Positions 55,311 through 64,000 of a stretch of 64,000 nt of DNA are shown piece by piece. Below the pieces are notes generated by a model. It did not search any database. It saw nothing but the letters and a program-made list of their open reading frames with translations, and was not told the origin of the DNA. Positions within the stretch are counted from its first letter, which is position 1, and each line of letters begins with the position of its first letter. Origin of the DNA: Candidatus Microgenomatus sp. (GTDB lineage Bacteria; Patescibacteriota; Microgenomatia; UBA8517). Where the stretch lies: assembly GCA_020724585.1 (NCBI GenBank), contig DYGS01000001.1, positions 66,893-130,892 of the forward strand, read 5' to 3'. Made by a program: the position numbers and the translations under genes.

Positions 55311-56615
55311 TTATTTCCAACCCAATGTTGCATGATGAATTTGGGCTGAGACATTAAATGTTGTAACACCACTTGGTATTACATAACTTTGACAAAAGTC
55401 AGAACTTCCAGGTCTCACAGTTGTCGTTTCAGCTTGTAATGCTCCATTTATTGTAAATCTTGCTTTGTTAAATGATCCACTTGATGCCGACCCTACCACA
55501 CAGAAGTTAACAGAATCACCCGCTTCAAGCTGAGAAAGCTGCGTGCTTGTTAGCGGTGACCAAGTCGTGTTGTATGCTTTAACATTTTGACATTGTGCGC
55601 TGGGCCCGCCCGGTGGAGGCGTCTCCTCCCCCTCCCCACACCCACAAGTACTCTCTTGTGACATATGGCTACCATCTGATGCGTCTATTTGAATTATTCC
55701 ACAAAAGCAGGTTGGTATCGAATTCAATGTCTTGTACCCTTGAGTACTACTATCACATCTCTCTCCAGCCGCTTCATATTGGGCGCGTGTACAACTATAA
55801 ATTACCGCGGCTTGGTACCCAAACTCTCCCGGGTTTGGACATCTATATCCAGAAGCACAAGTATTACAGCTTATCCTTACATCTGGCCCGTTCGTCCCAT
55901 CGCTACATCCCAGGGTGATTGTTTCTACTAGTCCATTCTCAATTGCGGTTCTAACACATGTTTTATTCTGAGGAGTACAGAATCCACCAACATTCTGACC
56001 ATTGGAATCTGTTATTTGATCACACCAGAATCCTCCCCCAGATTGACACTCGTTACTATTGTCCGCATTATTAATATTTGTATTCGATTGTGGGGTTACT
56101 ATGGGATTTGGAGGACTTAATGGATCGTCTTGATAATCTGGTCTGGTGCATATTCCATAAACTCTACATTCGCATACACGATAACCGCTTTCTTCCCGAC
56201 ATTCATCAAAGGCATCTGCCTTTTCCCTAATATCTTGATTTTGTTGAACTAAATAAACTCCTGCCCCTACTCCACCAACAAGTAAAAATAGTCCAAGTAT
56301 GGTTGCAATAACCCTCCCCCCTGCAAATTTTTTCTTTGGTGTTGATCCTGTTACTACAACAGGACTGTCTGCATCTGTATTTTTAATATCATCAGTTGGG
56401 AAAGCTGATCCACTGGAAGTTGGGTTTGTTGCAGGGGATGTATTTGATGTGTCCGATTGTGTGGGCACATCGCTAGGCGAAGTTTGAGCCCCGCTTAGCG
56501 GGGGCATAGGTGGGAGTGTATCTTCTGATACTAATACAGGAGGGTTTTGGCTACTGTCTTGTGTTTTTTTGTCGTCAGTCGGCATGTTCTTTTTTAAATA
56601 ACAATGTACTACCAA
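55311..56615 (-). CDS. Cys-rich extracytoplasmic protein with an N-terminal low-complexity region and one TM.
   Basis: The first 95 aa are Ser/Thr/Pro-rich. The TM is 'VIATILGLFLLVGGVGAGVYLV'. The ectodomain has more than 30 cysteines. Confidence 0.45.
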   Translation of the reverse strand: MVVHCYLKKNMPTDDKKTQDSSQNPPVLVSEDTLPPMPPLSGAQTSPSDVPTQSDTSNTSPATNPTSSGSAFPTDDIKNTDADSPVVVTGSTPKKKFAGGRVIATILGLFLLVGGVGAGVYLVQQNQDIREKADAFDECREESGYRVCECRVYGICTRPDYQDDPLSPPNPIVTPQSNTNINNADNSNECQSGGGFWCDQITDSNGQNVGGFCTPQNKTCVRTAIENGLVETITLGCSDGTNGPDVRISCNTCASGYRCPNPGEFGYQAAVIYSCTRAQYEAAGERCDSSTQGYKTLNSIPTCFCGIIQIDASDGSHMSQESTCGCGEGEETPPPGGPSAQCQNVKAYNTTWSPLTSTQLSQLEAGDSVNFCVVGSASSGSFNKARFTINGALQAETTTVRPGSSDFCQSYVIPSGVTTFNVSAQIHHATLGWK

Positions 56616-57951
56616 AAAGTAGTGATATACCCATTATGAATAAGCCAAGAGTTGCTGTCAAGTTCCCTGTTTCTGGAGTTGGAGCGAGTGTGGCCGATGC
56701 TGTTGATGCTTTTGCGGTTGGTGTTGAGGACGATTTGCCTGTTGAAGTAGCGGTTGGGGTTACAGAATTACTTGGTGTTGCAGAAGGACTTGGACTGAGC
56801 GAAGCTGAAGGCGTTGATTCAAAAGCGGGCCCTTCCGCTGCCTGGACAATGAAAGTTCTTGTGATGGTACGCAATATTCCTTGTGCATCCCTCCATTTTA
56901 TGGTTAACTTATGCTCTCCAGGACTAAGGTTTTTGGGCGGACTCCAGCTCCAACGACCGTTCGTGTTTGGAGTGACTGTTGCGGATTGATACTCAGATTC
57001 GACTGAAATTTCAATCTCAATTCCTGTTGGGGCGCTTCCAAAAAACTCTGGATCTGTTGTTGTTATAATTTCTCCATCATCAATAGATTCAATCGAGACA
57101 GTGGTTGTTTGGCTACCGCCTTCAGTTTTTGAAATTTCAAATCTTGATGATCTTTCGATTTCTTCTGGGATTGAGAGAGAGCTTTCTGGTAAGCTGCCAG
57201 ATTCCTCGGTAGACAAAGTTCTGAAATCATATGTTCTACCCAAAACCATTGTCGGTATGGCCTTTAATCCCGTGGGGTAAATAACTGCAGAGGCTGATCC
57301 GTTTACGCCTGCGTCCACAGATAGATTTATGGCGGTATTTTCGGCAATACTCTCGATATAATTTGATATTGGGATGATGAAATTACCCTCCCGAGAGGTG
57401 ATGCCGGAAAGCACAATACCGTTAATTGTCAGATAGACAATTGCTTCTGCTGGGGTAGATCCGTTTGAAGAAATGATTGCGCCGGAGGCTACGATGTTGT
57501 TTTTTGATTTTATCTCTTGCGCTAAGGTTTTAGCCTTCCAGGGTGCATTGTTGTTGTCAAAATCTTCTCCATTGGAATTGATTTTAAAATAAATATCTGA
57601 TCCTGGATCTATCCCTAAAACATTTACGAAATGAATAAACGATTCGTTATTGCCGCTGTTTCCCAGAGACACTTTTGTTATAGTGGTCTGGCTATTTCCC
57701 CATTTAACAAAGCCCTTGGTTGGGATATCTGTAGTCCACGAAACTGTCAAAGATGTATTTGAAATATTTGTAATACGGACATTTTTCGGTGAGGCTTCAA
57801 TTGTAGCTCCGAGTTTAAAGTTTTGTCTCGAATTGATAAGCAAAACTCCGGCAAACACACCAAATATCAACACAAATAATCCGAGGATGGTGGGAATGAC
57901 AAACTTATTCTTCATAGTAGTTTCTCGATTTAATCTGATTAACTGTTTCAC
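56575..57951 (-). CDS. Surface protein with beta-sandwich (FN3/Ig-like) repeats and a C-terminal sortase-type sorting signal.
   Basis: There is an N-terminal anchor. The C-terminus 'APTPETGNLTATLGLFIMGISLLFGSTLLFKKEHAD' combines a PETG motif, a hydrophobic segment and a basic tail. Confidence 0.5.
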   Translation of the reverse strand: MKQLIRLNRETTMKNKFVIPTILGLFVLIFGVFAGVLLINSRQNFKLGATIEASPKNVRITNISNTSLTVSWTTDIPTKGFVKWGNSQTTITKVSLGNSGNNESFIHFVNVLGIDPGSDIYFKINSNGEDFDNNNAPWKAKTLAQEIKSKNNIVASGAIISSNGSTPAEAIVYLTINGIVLSGITSREGNFIIPISNYIESIAENTAINLSVDAGVNGSASAVIYPTGLKAIPTMVLGRTYDFRTLSTEESGSLPESSLSIPEEIERSSRFEISKTEGGSQTTTVSIESIDDGEIITTTDPEFFGSAPTGIEIEISVESEYQSATVTPNTNGRWSWSPPKNLSPGEHKLTIKWRDAQGILRTITRTFIVQAAEGPAFESTPSASLSPSPSATPSNSVTPTATSTGKSSSTPTAKASTASATLAPTPETGNLTATLGLFIMGISLLFGSTLLFKKEHAD

Positions 57952-58117
57952 TATCTAGTTTTGGGTTGACATCCTCCAATAGTTCATTTGGCAATTCTAT
58001 ATTTGGGGGCTTGCTGACGGCGGAATAAATACTAAATACCACCCAAAACACTATTGTGATAGATGTTAATATTAACAAAATAATCAGGTTTGGCAATCTA
58101 GTTTTATTGGTTTTCAT
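57905..58117 (-). CDS. Small single-TM protein.
   Basis: The 70-aa product overlaps the pilO 3' end. Confidence 0.3.
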   Translation of the reverse strand: MKTNKTRLPNLIILLILTSITIVFWVVFSIYSAVSKPPNIELPNELLEDVNPKLDSETVNQIKSRNYYEE

Positions 58118-58763
58118 GGTTATTGATATATGGTGATCTGCCTGAAATTGTTAACACAAGCGTTCGGTTTTGGTCACTAATACTTACATTGACAATCATA
58201 CCATCCGTTTTTATAGGTATCCTCAAATTTTCAAGTCCCATTAAAAACCCCACAATTCCCTGATAACTTCCTGATACAGAAATTGAAAAAGGAACCTCCT
58301 GGGCACCTCCTGTATTTTGTCCCGGTTTTGACTTTTTGATTTGAGGCTTTCCGACGAGAGAGACATCAGAAACTGATATTCCGAGGATTTTTAAACTATT
58401 AAGAGTGGCAAGGGACTCAAATTGTTTTATCAAACTATCTGGTTTTGGGTCGGACGGAACGGCTTGAGAAATATAACTCATATCTGCCGCGAGTTTCTGT
58501 ATTTCTGAACTTGCTGTTTGCAAGTTTCTCAATTTTTTATTTAGTTTCTCTAGTGTGGTTTCTTTGGCCTCTATTTGTTTGAAGACATCGATTATTGTCA
58601 AAGCTGTTGGTTTTATGGCAAATAAGGAAAAGATGATGATTGTGGTGATTGAAAGCATTAGCTCCAAATAGATTTTGAGATTAGGCTTAGAATTATAGAT
58701 TCTTAAGATATTCAAAAAGAAACTTTTATATCTAAAATAGTTTTCTTTCCAACTTTGCCTCAC
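58104..58763 (-). CDS. pilO: PilO-like type IV pilus inner-membrane assembly protein.
   Basis: It has a short N-terminus, one TM, a coiled coil ('ETTLEKLNKKLRNLQTASSEIQKL') and a C-terminal globular domain. It lies immediately downstream of pilN. Confidence 0.5.
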   Translation of the reverse strand: MRQSWKENYFRYKSFFLNILRIYNSKPNLKIYLELMLSITTIIIFSLFAIKPTALTIIDVFKQIEAKETTLEKLNKKLRNLQTASSEIQKLAADMSYISQAVPSDPKPDSLIKQFESLATLNSLKILGISVSDVSLVGKPQIKKSKPGQNTGGAQEVPFSISVSGSYQGIVGFLMGLENLRIPIKTDGMIVNVSISDQNRTLVLTISGRSPYINNHENQ

Positions 58764-59305
58764 AAAGACCTTCCTCCTTTCACTGTAAATAAAGTAACAA
58801 GCGGATTATCAGCGCTCGAAGATACCTGTGTAAGTATTGGACTTGTCAGCAATTTACCGTTTTCAATGTTTACCAAAAACTGTGCAATTGATTGTTCGTT
58901 TGATGAATAGGCCTTAATTTGTACGCCGTCGTCTCCTATTGAAAAACTACTCAGAAAGACATCTGAAGGCATGACTGCTGCCAATTTATTCAAAAAGTCA
59001 CTCTCCTTTGGGAGGATGTAAAAGCTTTTGGTTACGCTTAATTTTTTTTGCAGGAGTCTAAATTCATCTTCAACCTTTTTATATGCATTTACCTGAGCCG
59101 AAGCTATTTTAACCTGTTCCCCAAGATCAGAATTCTTGGCGTCTAACCAGAACCTAGACAAAAATGCGGACATTACAATAAGCTCTGTAACAATAACTAA
59201 AGCTCTGAAAGTAGACAATGCCCATTTCAAAACCCTACCAAAAGAGGAGCTTTCAAAGTCGTCTCTAGGTAATAAGTTTATTTGTCGATTCCTTTTAGTG
59301 GGCAT
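58760..59305 (-). CDS. pilN: PilN-like type IV pilus assembly protein.
   Basis: The N-terminus 'RQINLLPRDDFESSSFGRVLKW' (INLLP motif) is followed by a TM and a periplasmic domain. Confidence 0.6.
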   Translation of the reverse strand: MPTKRNRQINLLPRDDFESSSFGRVLKWALSTFRALVIVTELIVMSAFLSRFWLDAKNSDLGEQVKIASAQVNAYKKVEDEFRLLQKKLSVTKSFYILPKESDFLNKLAAVMPSDVFLSSFSIGDDGVQIKAYSSNEQSIAQFLVNIENGKLLTSPILTQVSSSADNPLVTLFTVKGGRSL

Positions 59306-59345
59306 GAACTAAATATAGCATATGAAAACCAGTCTAAGAAGAAGC

Positions 59346-59591
59346 TTATTTTTTAATGCTAGTTAGTTTAGAAGTTAGTTTAGATTTTATTCTTCCGGCT
59401 TTATTTTTGTGAATAATATCCCTTCTTGCGGCTCGATCGGACAGACTTATTGCTTCCAAAATGTCCTTTTTAGTTTTCGTTTTTTTTGCCTTTTTCAGGG
59501 CAATATCAAGCCTTGAGAGAATGATTTTATTTACATTCTCTTTTCTTTTGGAACTTCGCAAGGCTCTTTTTGCTGTTTTGGTTACCGGCAT
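59346..59591 (-). CDS. rpsT: 30S ribosomal protein S20.
   Basis: The 81-aa basic protein contains 'IIHKNKAGRIKSKLTSKL', the S20 signature. Confidence 0.8.
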   Translation of the reverse strand: MPVTKTAKRALRSSKRKENVNKIILSRLDIALKKAKKTKTKKDILEAISLSDRAARRDIIHKNKAGRIKSKLTSKLTSIKK

Positions 59592-59635
59592 AATAATAGT
59601 TGTGAGTATAAGACAAAGCGTTTAAAATATCAATC

Positions 59636-61291
59636 GTGAAGACTTTTAAAAATTTAATATTCGGCAAACAACACACTGTTTTGTCAGCGGCGACTTTAAT
59701 CATGGCGATGATTGTTGTCTCAAGACTTTTAGGACTTGTCAGGCAGAGAGTTTTGGCTCATTTTTTCACCTCTACAGAATTAAGTTTGTTCTTTGCCGCT
59801 TTCCGTCTTCCCGATACTATTTTTGAAGTGTTGGTTTTTGGTACTTTTGCTTCGGCTTTTATTCCAGTTTTTACAAAAGCCATGAAAACATCAAGATATA
59901 AAGCTTCTAAAATTGCAGGTATTGTTGCAAATTGGGGTTTTTTAATTTTTTCAGTATTAGCCTTAATAGTTGTGATATATGCCAATCAGATTTATAAAAT
60001 TTTAACTCCAGGTTTTGATGTTTCTGATCAAATTCAGATTGCAAAATTTGCAAGAATACTGTTTGTTGCACAAGGTTTTTTTGTGGTTTCATATGTAGCA
60101 ACTGCCGTTTTAGAATCGTCGAAGCGTTTTTTTATTCCCGCAGTTGCTCCTCTTTTCTATAACTTAGGAATTATATTAATAACAGTCGTCTTTGCAGAAA
60201 AATACGGGTTATACGCGCCGGTTTTTGGTGTTGTGGCAGGTGCTTTTCTACATTTTGCAATTCAATTGCCGTTTGCGGTCAAGTCTGGTTTTAAATTTGG
60301 GTCAAGTTTAAAAATTACTCCCGAAGTTAGAAAAATTGCCAAACTATCAATCCCTAGAATAGTTGAAATATCTTTCTTACAGGTTGCAAAATTTGTTGAA
60401 TTAACTTTAGCTTCGTTGATTTCACCTTCGGCATATACATACTTTACATTTGGGAATACAATACAGCTTCTACCCGTTGGGTTATTTGGTACATCGATTG
60501 CCAAGGCGGCTCTACCTACACTCTCATCACAGAGTGACGATTTAGATTTATTCAAAAAAACTTTATTTAAGACATTAAACCAAATCGTTTTTTTAATGAC
60601 CCCCGTTGTTGCTTTTTTTATTGTTGCTAGAATTCCAATTGTAAGACTTGTTTTTGGTACCGACATTTTTTCCTGGAGCTCAACTGTTGAAACTTCTCTG
60701 GTTGTTTCCGCCTTTGCTGTAGGAATTTTTTCCCAAGCTGCAAACTCAATCTTGGCAAGAAGTTTTTACGCTCTTCATGATACTAAAACTCCTGTTAAAG
60801 TATCTATCCTTGCTTTGTTAATAAACATTGGTTTAGATATCTTGTTTGTTTTAGTTTATAAACTACCCATTTGGAGTTTGGCAGCGGCTTTTTCCTTTTC
60901 TTCCATAATTCAATCAATTGCCCTATATTTTTTGATTTTAAAGAGAATCAACAATGGTGCGTTTAATCTGTTATATATTCCAATTGTAAAGTCGGTTATA
61001 AGCGGTTTGATTTCGGGTTTTACGATGTTTTTTATATTGAAGTTTTTTGATAAATCAGTTTGGATTAAAAAGCTGTCTTTTATATCAAATCTTGACCTGC
61101 CTTTTGAAAAATTTGTATTGGATACTAGATATGCCAGCAACCTATTGTTACTGACGATGATTGTTGGAATAATAGGTTTTAGCGTTTATATCATAGTTTT
61201 GAAAATTCTTAAGTCCCATGAACTTGAAGTTTTTATAAATCTTTTAAAAAGATCAATCTCTGGTCAAAAGTTTTCAACTTTAACTACTTGA
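59636..61291 (+). CDS. murJ: Lipid II flippase MurJ (MviN family).
   Basis: The 551-aa product has 14 TM helices, and its N-terminus 'LSAATLIMAMIVVSRLLGLVRQRVLAHFF' matches the MurJ family. Confidence 0.8.
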   Translation: MKTFKNLIFGKQHTVLSAATLIMAMIVVSRLLGLVRQRVLAHFFTSTELSLFFAAFRLPDTIFEVLVFGTFASAFIPVFTKAMKTSRYKASKIAGIVANWGFLIFSVLALIVVIYANQIYKILTPGFDVSDQIQIAKFARILFVAQGFFVVSYVATAVLESSKRFFIPAVAPLFYNLGIILITVVFAEKYGLYAPVFGVVAGAFLHFAIQLPFAVKSGFKFGSSLKITPEVRKIAKLSIPRIVEISFLQVAKFVELTLASLISPSAYTYFTFGNTIQLLPVGLFGTSIAKAALPTLSSQSDDLDLFKKTLFKTLNQIVFLMTPVVAFFIVARIPIVRLVFGTDIFSWSSTVETSLVVSAFAVGIFSQAANSILARSFYALHDTKTPVKVSILALLINIGLDILFVLVYKLPIWSLAAAFSFSSIIQSIALYFLILKRINNGAFNLLYIPIVKSVISGLISGFTMFFILKFFDKSVWIKKLSFISNLDLPFEKFVLDTRYASNLLLLTMIVGIIGFSVYIIVLKILKSHELEVFINLLKRSISGQKFSTLTT

Positions 61292-61297
61292 CAAGAC

Positions 61298-61324
61298 TTA
61301 GCACTCATATTAACATAGTGCTAG
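61298..61324. promoter_or_regulatory. CIRCE operator upstream of hrcA-grpE-dnaK.
   Basis: TTAGCACTC-ATATTAACA-TAGTGCTAG has a perfect left arm, an 8/9 right arm and a 9-nt spacer. It ends 2 nt before the hrcA ATG. Confidence 0.75.
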
Positions 61325-61325
61325 T

Positions 61326-62051
61326 ATGAATTCATTAACTTCAAGACAGACGCAGATTTTAAAAGCTTTAATTGATGAATATATTGATACTGCCGAGCCC
61401 GTTGGTTCCGATGCGTTGGAAAAAAAGTATAATTTGGGGGTTTCCCCTGCAACTATTAGAAATGAGATGGTTAATTTAACAAAGAATGGATTTTTGAAAC
61501 AGCCTCACACATCGGCTGGCCGAGTTCCGACTCCGGGAGCAATGAAGTTTTATGTAGATCAATTAATGGAGGAAAAACAGTTAAGTTTAGCTGATGAAGT
61601 TAAGGCCAAAGAGGAAGTTTGGGATGCAAGAGGTGATCTTGATAAACTTTTAGACGAAGCTACCCATTCACTAGCTCAAAGAACAGGAGGTATGGCGGTT
61701 GCTGCGACCGAAGATGGGGAGGTTTGGCAGGCGGGTTGGGCAAATATATTTAGTTATCCGGAGTTTAATGATCACGCACTTTGCGCCTCGTTATTTGGGT
61801 TTGTTGATGAGGAAGATCAATTGGTTGATTTATTTTTTAATAAGTTTCCAACAGAATCTATATTTGATGTTTTGTTTGCTGAAGAAATCGGTTTTAGAAA
61901 TTTACCGGTTGGAATAGTAGCTGCCCATTTTAAAGCCAAGAATAGAAATGGAGCGCTTGGAGTAATTGGCCCAGTTAGGCAATCATATCAAAGGGTTGTT
62001 CCCACAATTAGATATTATAGGGACATGTTGGAAGAAATTATAAATTTATAA
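61326..62051 (+). CDS. hrcA: Heat-inducible transcription repressor HrcA (short form).
   Basis: The N-terminal winged helix is '[45 protein letters not shown]'. Confidence 0.8.
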   Translation: MNSLTSRQTQILKALIDEYIDTAEPVGSDALEKKYNLGVSPATIRNEMVNLTKNGFLKQPHTSAGRVPTPGAMKFYVDQLMEEKQLSLADEVKAKEEVWDARGDLDKLLDEATHSLAQRTGGMAVAATEDGEVWQAGWANIFSYPEFNDHALCASLFGFVDEEDQLVDLFFNKFPTESIFDVLFAEEIGFRNLPVGIVAAHFKAKNRNGALGVIGPVRQSYQRVVPTIRYYRDMLEEIINL

Positions 62052-62074
62052 GCGGAGCTTGAAATATAAATATT

Positions 62075-62569
62075 ATGATAAAAACTCAAAAAATCAAAAA
62101 ATCAAAAACTCAAGGTGTTGAGACGGAACAATTAAAAAACCAGTTGGCGAGAGCCATGGCAGATTACGACAATTTGAAAAAAAGAAGCGAGGAGGAAAGA
62201 ACTCAAATGTATAAATTGGCCAGTATTTCTTTCATGACAAAAATACTTCCGATTATCGACAATTTGAAAGCTGCACAAAATCATATTAAAGATAGCGGAA
62301 TTGCAATGATCATAGGACAACTCGAAACACTGGCCAAAGAGGAAGGTTTTGAAGAAATAAAAATTAATACGGGCGATAAGTTTGACGAGAATATTGCGGA
62401 GGCGGTTGAGACTATTGAAACTGATGACGAAAAGTTGAATAATACAATTTCGGAAGTAGTACTTTCAGGATGGAAATATTCTGATGGTACAGTTGTAAGA
62501 CATGCAAGGGTTAAAGTATACAAATACGAAGTACGAAATCCGAAATCCGAGACAAGTCAAAATGTTTAA
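62075..62569 (+). CDS. grpE: Nucleotide exchange factor GrpE.
   Basis: 'LKNQLARAMADYDNLKKR' and the C-terminal beta-domain. It sits between hrcA and dnaK. Confidence 0.85.
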   Translation: MIKTQKIKKSKTQGVETEQLKNQLARAMADYDNLKKRSEEERTQMYKLASISFMTKILPIIDNLKAAQNHIKDSGIAMIIGQLETLAKEEGFEEIKINTGDKFDENIAEAVETIETDDEKLNNTISEVVLSGWKYSDGTVVRHARVKVYKYEVRNPKSETSQNV

Positions 62570-62642
62570 AAATTTAAAATTTAAAAAATTAAATATTGTT
62601 TCGAGTTTCGAAATTGGAATTTCGAGTTTATAATATAAATGT

Positions 62643-64000
62643 ATGAGTAAAATTATCGGAATTGATTTAGGTACAACAAATTCATGTGTGGCTGTAATGG
62701 AGGGTGGACAAGCAAAAGTTATCCCCGCTTCCGATACTGGCAAAAATACCACGCCTTCAGTTGTTGAATTAATTAAAAATTTGGTAGGCGATGTTGCCAA
62801 GAGACAAATGATTTTGAATCCTGCAAATACTTTGTTCTCTGTTAAAAGGCTGATGGGTCGAAGATACGATGATTCAGAGGTTGAAAGGACCAAGAAGATT
62901 GTTTCCTACAAGATTGTTAAGGGCAAGAATGGAATGGCTGAAGTTGAAGTCGAAGGTAAAACATACACTCCACAGGAGATTGGCGCGCGGGTTTTAATGA
63001 AGCTTAAAAAAGATGCTGAAAAGTATTTGGGTGAAGAAGTAACTCAGGCTGTAATCACAGTTCCCGCTTATTTTGATGATTCACAAAGGCAGGCGACAAA
63101 ACAGGCAGGAGAGATTGCAGGTCTTAAAGTTGAGAGAATAATAAATGAGCCAACAGCTGCTGCTCTTGCTTATGGTTTGGATAAAAAGAAAGCTGAGAAG
63201 ATTGCTGTCTACGATTTAGGTGGTGGAACCTTTGATATATCAATTCTTGAGCTTGGGGATGGAGTTTTTGAGGTTAAAGCCACAAACGGCGATACGCATC
63301 TTGGAGGAGATGATTTTGATGAGAAAATTGTTGACTATATTGCTGATGAATTCAAGAAGGAATATGCGGTTGATTTAAGACAAGATAAACAAGCACTTCA
63401 GAGAATAAGAGACGCCGCCGAAAAAGCTAAAATTGAGTTGACAGCGTCGGAAGAAGTTGAAATAAACCAGCCGTATATTACTCAAAAGGACGGTCAACCT
63501 CTTCATTTGACAATGAAGTTAACTAGGGCAAAATATGAGGCCTTGGTTGATGATTTGATTCAAAAGACAATCAAGCCTGTTGAGGCTGCCCTAAAAGATG
63601 CTGGTCTAAAAGCTTCCGATATTAACGAGGTTATTTTGGTCGGAGGAATGACCAGAACACCTAAAGTTATTGAAGAAGTTAAAAAGTTTTTTGGCAAAGA
63701 ACCAAACAAATCAGTCAATCCTGATGAAGTGGTTGCAATTGGTGCTGCGATTCAGGCGGGAGTTTTAGCGGGTGATGTTAAAGACATACTTCTTTTGGAT
63801 GTAACCCCCTTAACATTAGGGATTGAAACAATGGGAGGTGTAGCAACACCGATGATCCCAAGAAACACAACTGTTCCAACTTCAAAAACTGAGGTTTTCT
63901 CAACGGCTGCCGATAATCAAACACAAGTCGAAATACACATAACACAAGGAGAGAGACCGCTTTCAGCAGACAACAAATCGCTAGGCAGATTTATACTTGA
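62643..64000 (+). CDS. dnaK: Chaperone DnaK (Hsp70), 3' partial; it runs off the window end.
   Basis: '[22 protein letters not shown]', 'DLGGGTFD' and '[13 protein letters not shown]' are present. It is absent from the ORF track because no stop codon falls within the window. Confidence 0.9.
   Translation, partial: MSKIIGIDLGTTNSCVAVMEGGQAKVIPASDTGKNTTPSVVELIKNLVGDVAKRQMILNPANTLFSVKRLMGRRYDDSEVERTKKIVSYKIVKGKNGMAEVEVEGKTYTPQEIGARVLMKLKKDAEKYLGEEVTQAVITVPAYFDDSQRQATKQAGEIAGLKVERIINEPTAAALAYGLDKKKAEKIAVYDLGGGTFDISILELGDGVFEVKATNGDTHLGGDDFDEKIVDYIADEFKKEYAVDLRQDKQALQRIRDAAEKAKIELTASEEVEINQPYITQKDGQPLHLTMKLTRAKYEALVDDLIQKTIKPVEAALKDAGLKASDINEVILVGGMTRTPKVIEEVKKFFGKEPNKSVNPDEVVAIGAAIQAGVLAGDVKDILLLDVTPLTLGIETMGGVATPMIPRNTTVPTSKTEVFSTAADNQTQVEIHITQGERPLSADNKSLGRFIL

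Noticed and set aside
55595-56989. Several plus-strand ORFs (55595-55918, 55689-55931, 56299-56487, 56510-56989) opposite the Cys-rich genes.
   Set aside because: They are antisense to longer minus-strand ORFs with coherent signal-anchor and ectodomain organisation. They are by-products of high GC content.
62570-62642. Palindromic TTTCGAAA-containing segment between grpE and dnaK as an operator or terminator.
   Set aside because: It is short and AT-rich with no clear stem plus U-tract. It cannot be distinguished from chance in this composition.

Overview
This is an AT-rich (~33% GC) bacterial chromosomal window with a streamlined housekeeping gene set, consistent with a Candidate-Phyla-Radiation-like or Firmicutes-like organism. 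It contains the replication origin. dnaA and dnaN lie on the minus strand, divergent from rpmH-rnpA-yidD-yidC-jag on the plus strand, and DnaA-box clusters sit in both flanking intergenic spaces. Other housekeeping genes are valS, metG, tsaD and a fused tsaC-tsaE gene, groES/groEL, hrcA-grpE-dnaK (3' partial), hsp20, rplY, rpsT, murJ, an LCP-family gene, two FemAB-family genes, two UvrD-family helicases (one carrying a C-terminal PD-(D/E)xK nuclease domain), rnhA, rmuC, cutA and one tRNA-Cys. The accessory content is fivefold. (1) A type IV secretion-like locus at the window start has a VirB4-family ATPase that appears split into two ORFs, plus a 928-aa chimeric membrane protein ending in an HExxH domain. 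(2) An AbiEii-like nucleotidyltransferase gene is inserted between rmuC and cutA and is flanked by ~45-bp direct repeats. (3) A ~100-125-nt structured composite repeat occurs twice in inverted orientation 12 kb apart. (4) Two polyprenyl-phosphate/GT-C glycosylation clusters are present. (5) A pilN-pilO module is followed by high-GC genes for Cys-rich, Ser/Thr/Pro-rich surface proteins, one with a sortase-like C-terminal signal. Three CIRCE operators sit upstream of hrcA, groES and hsp20. No CRISPR array, rRNA, integrase or transposase was seen.
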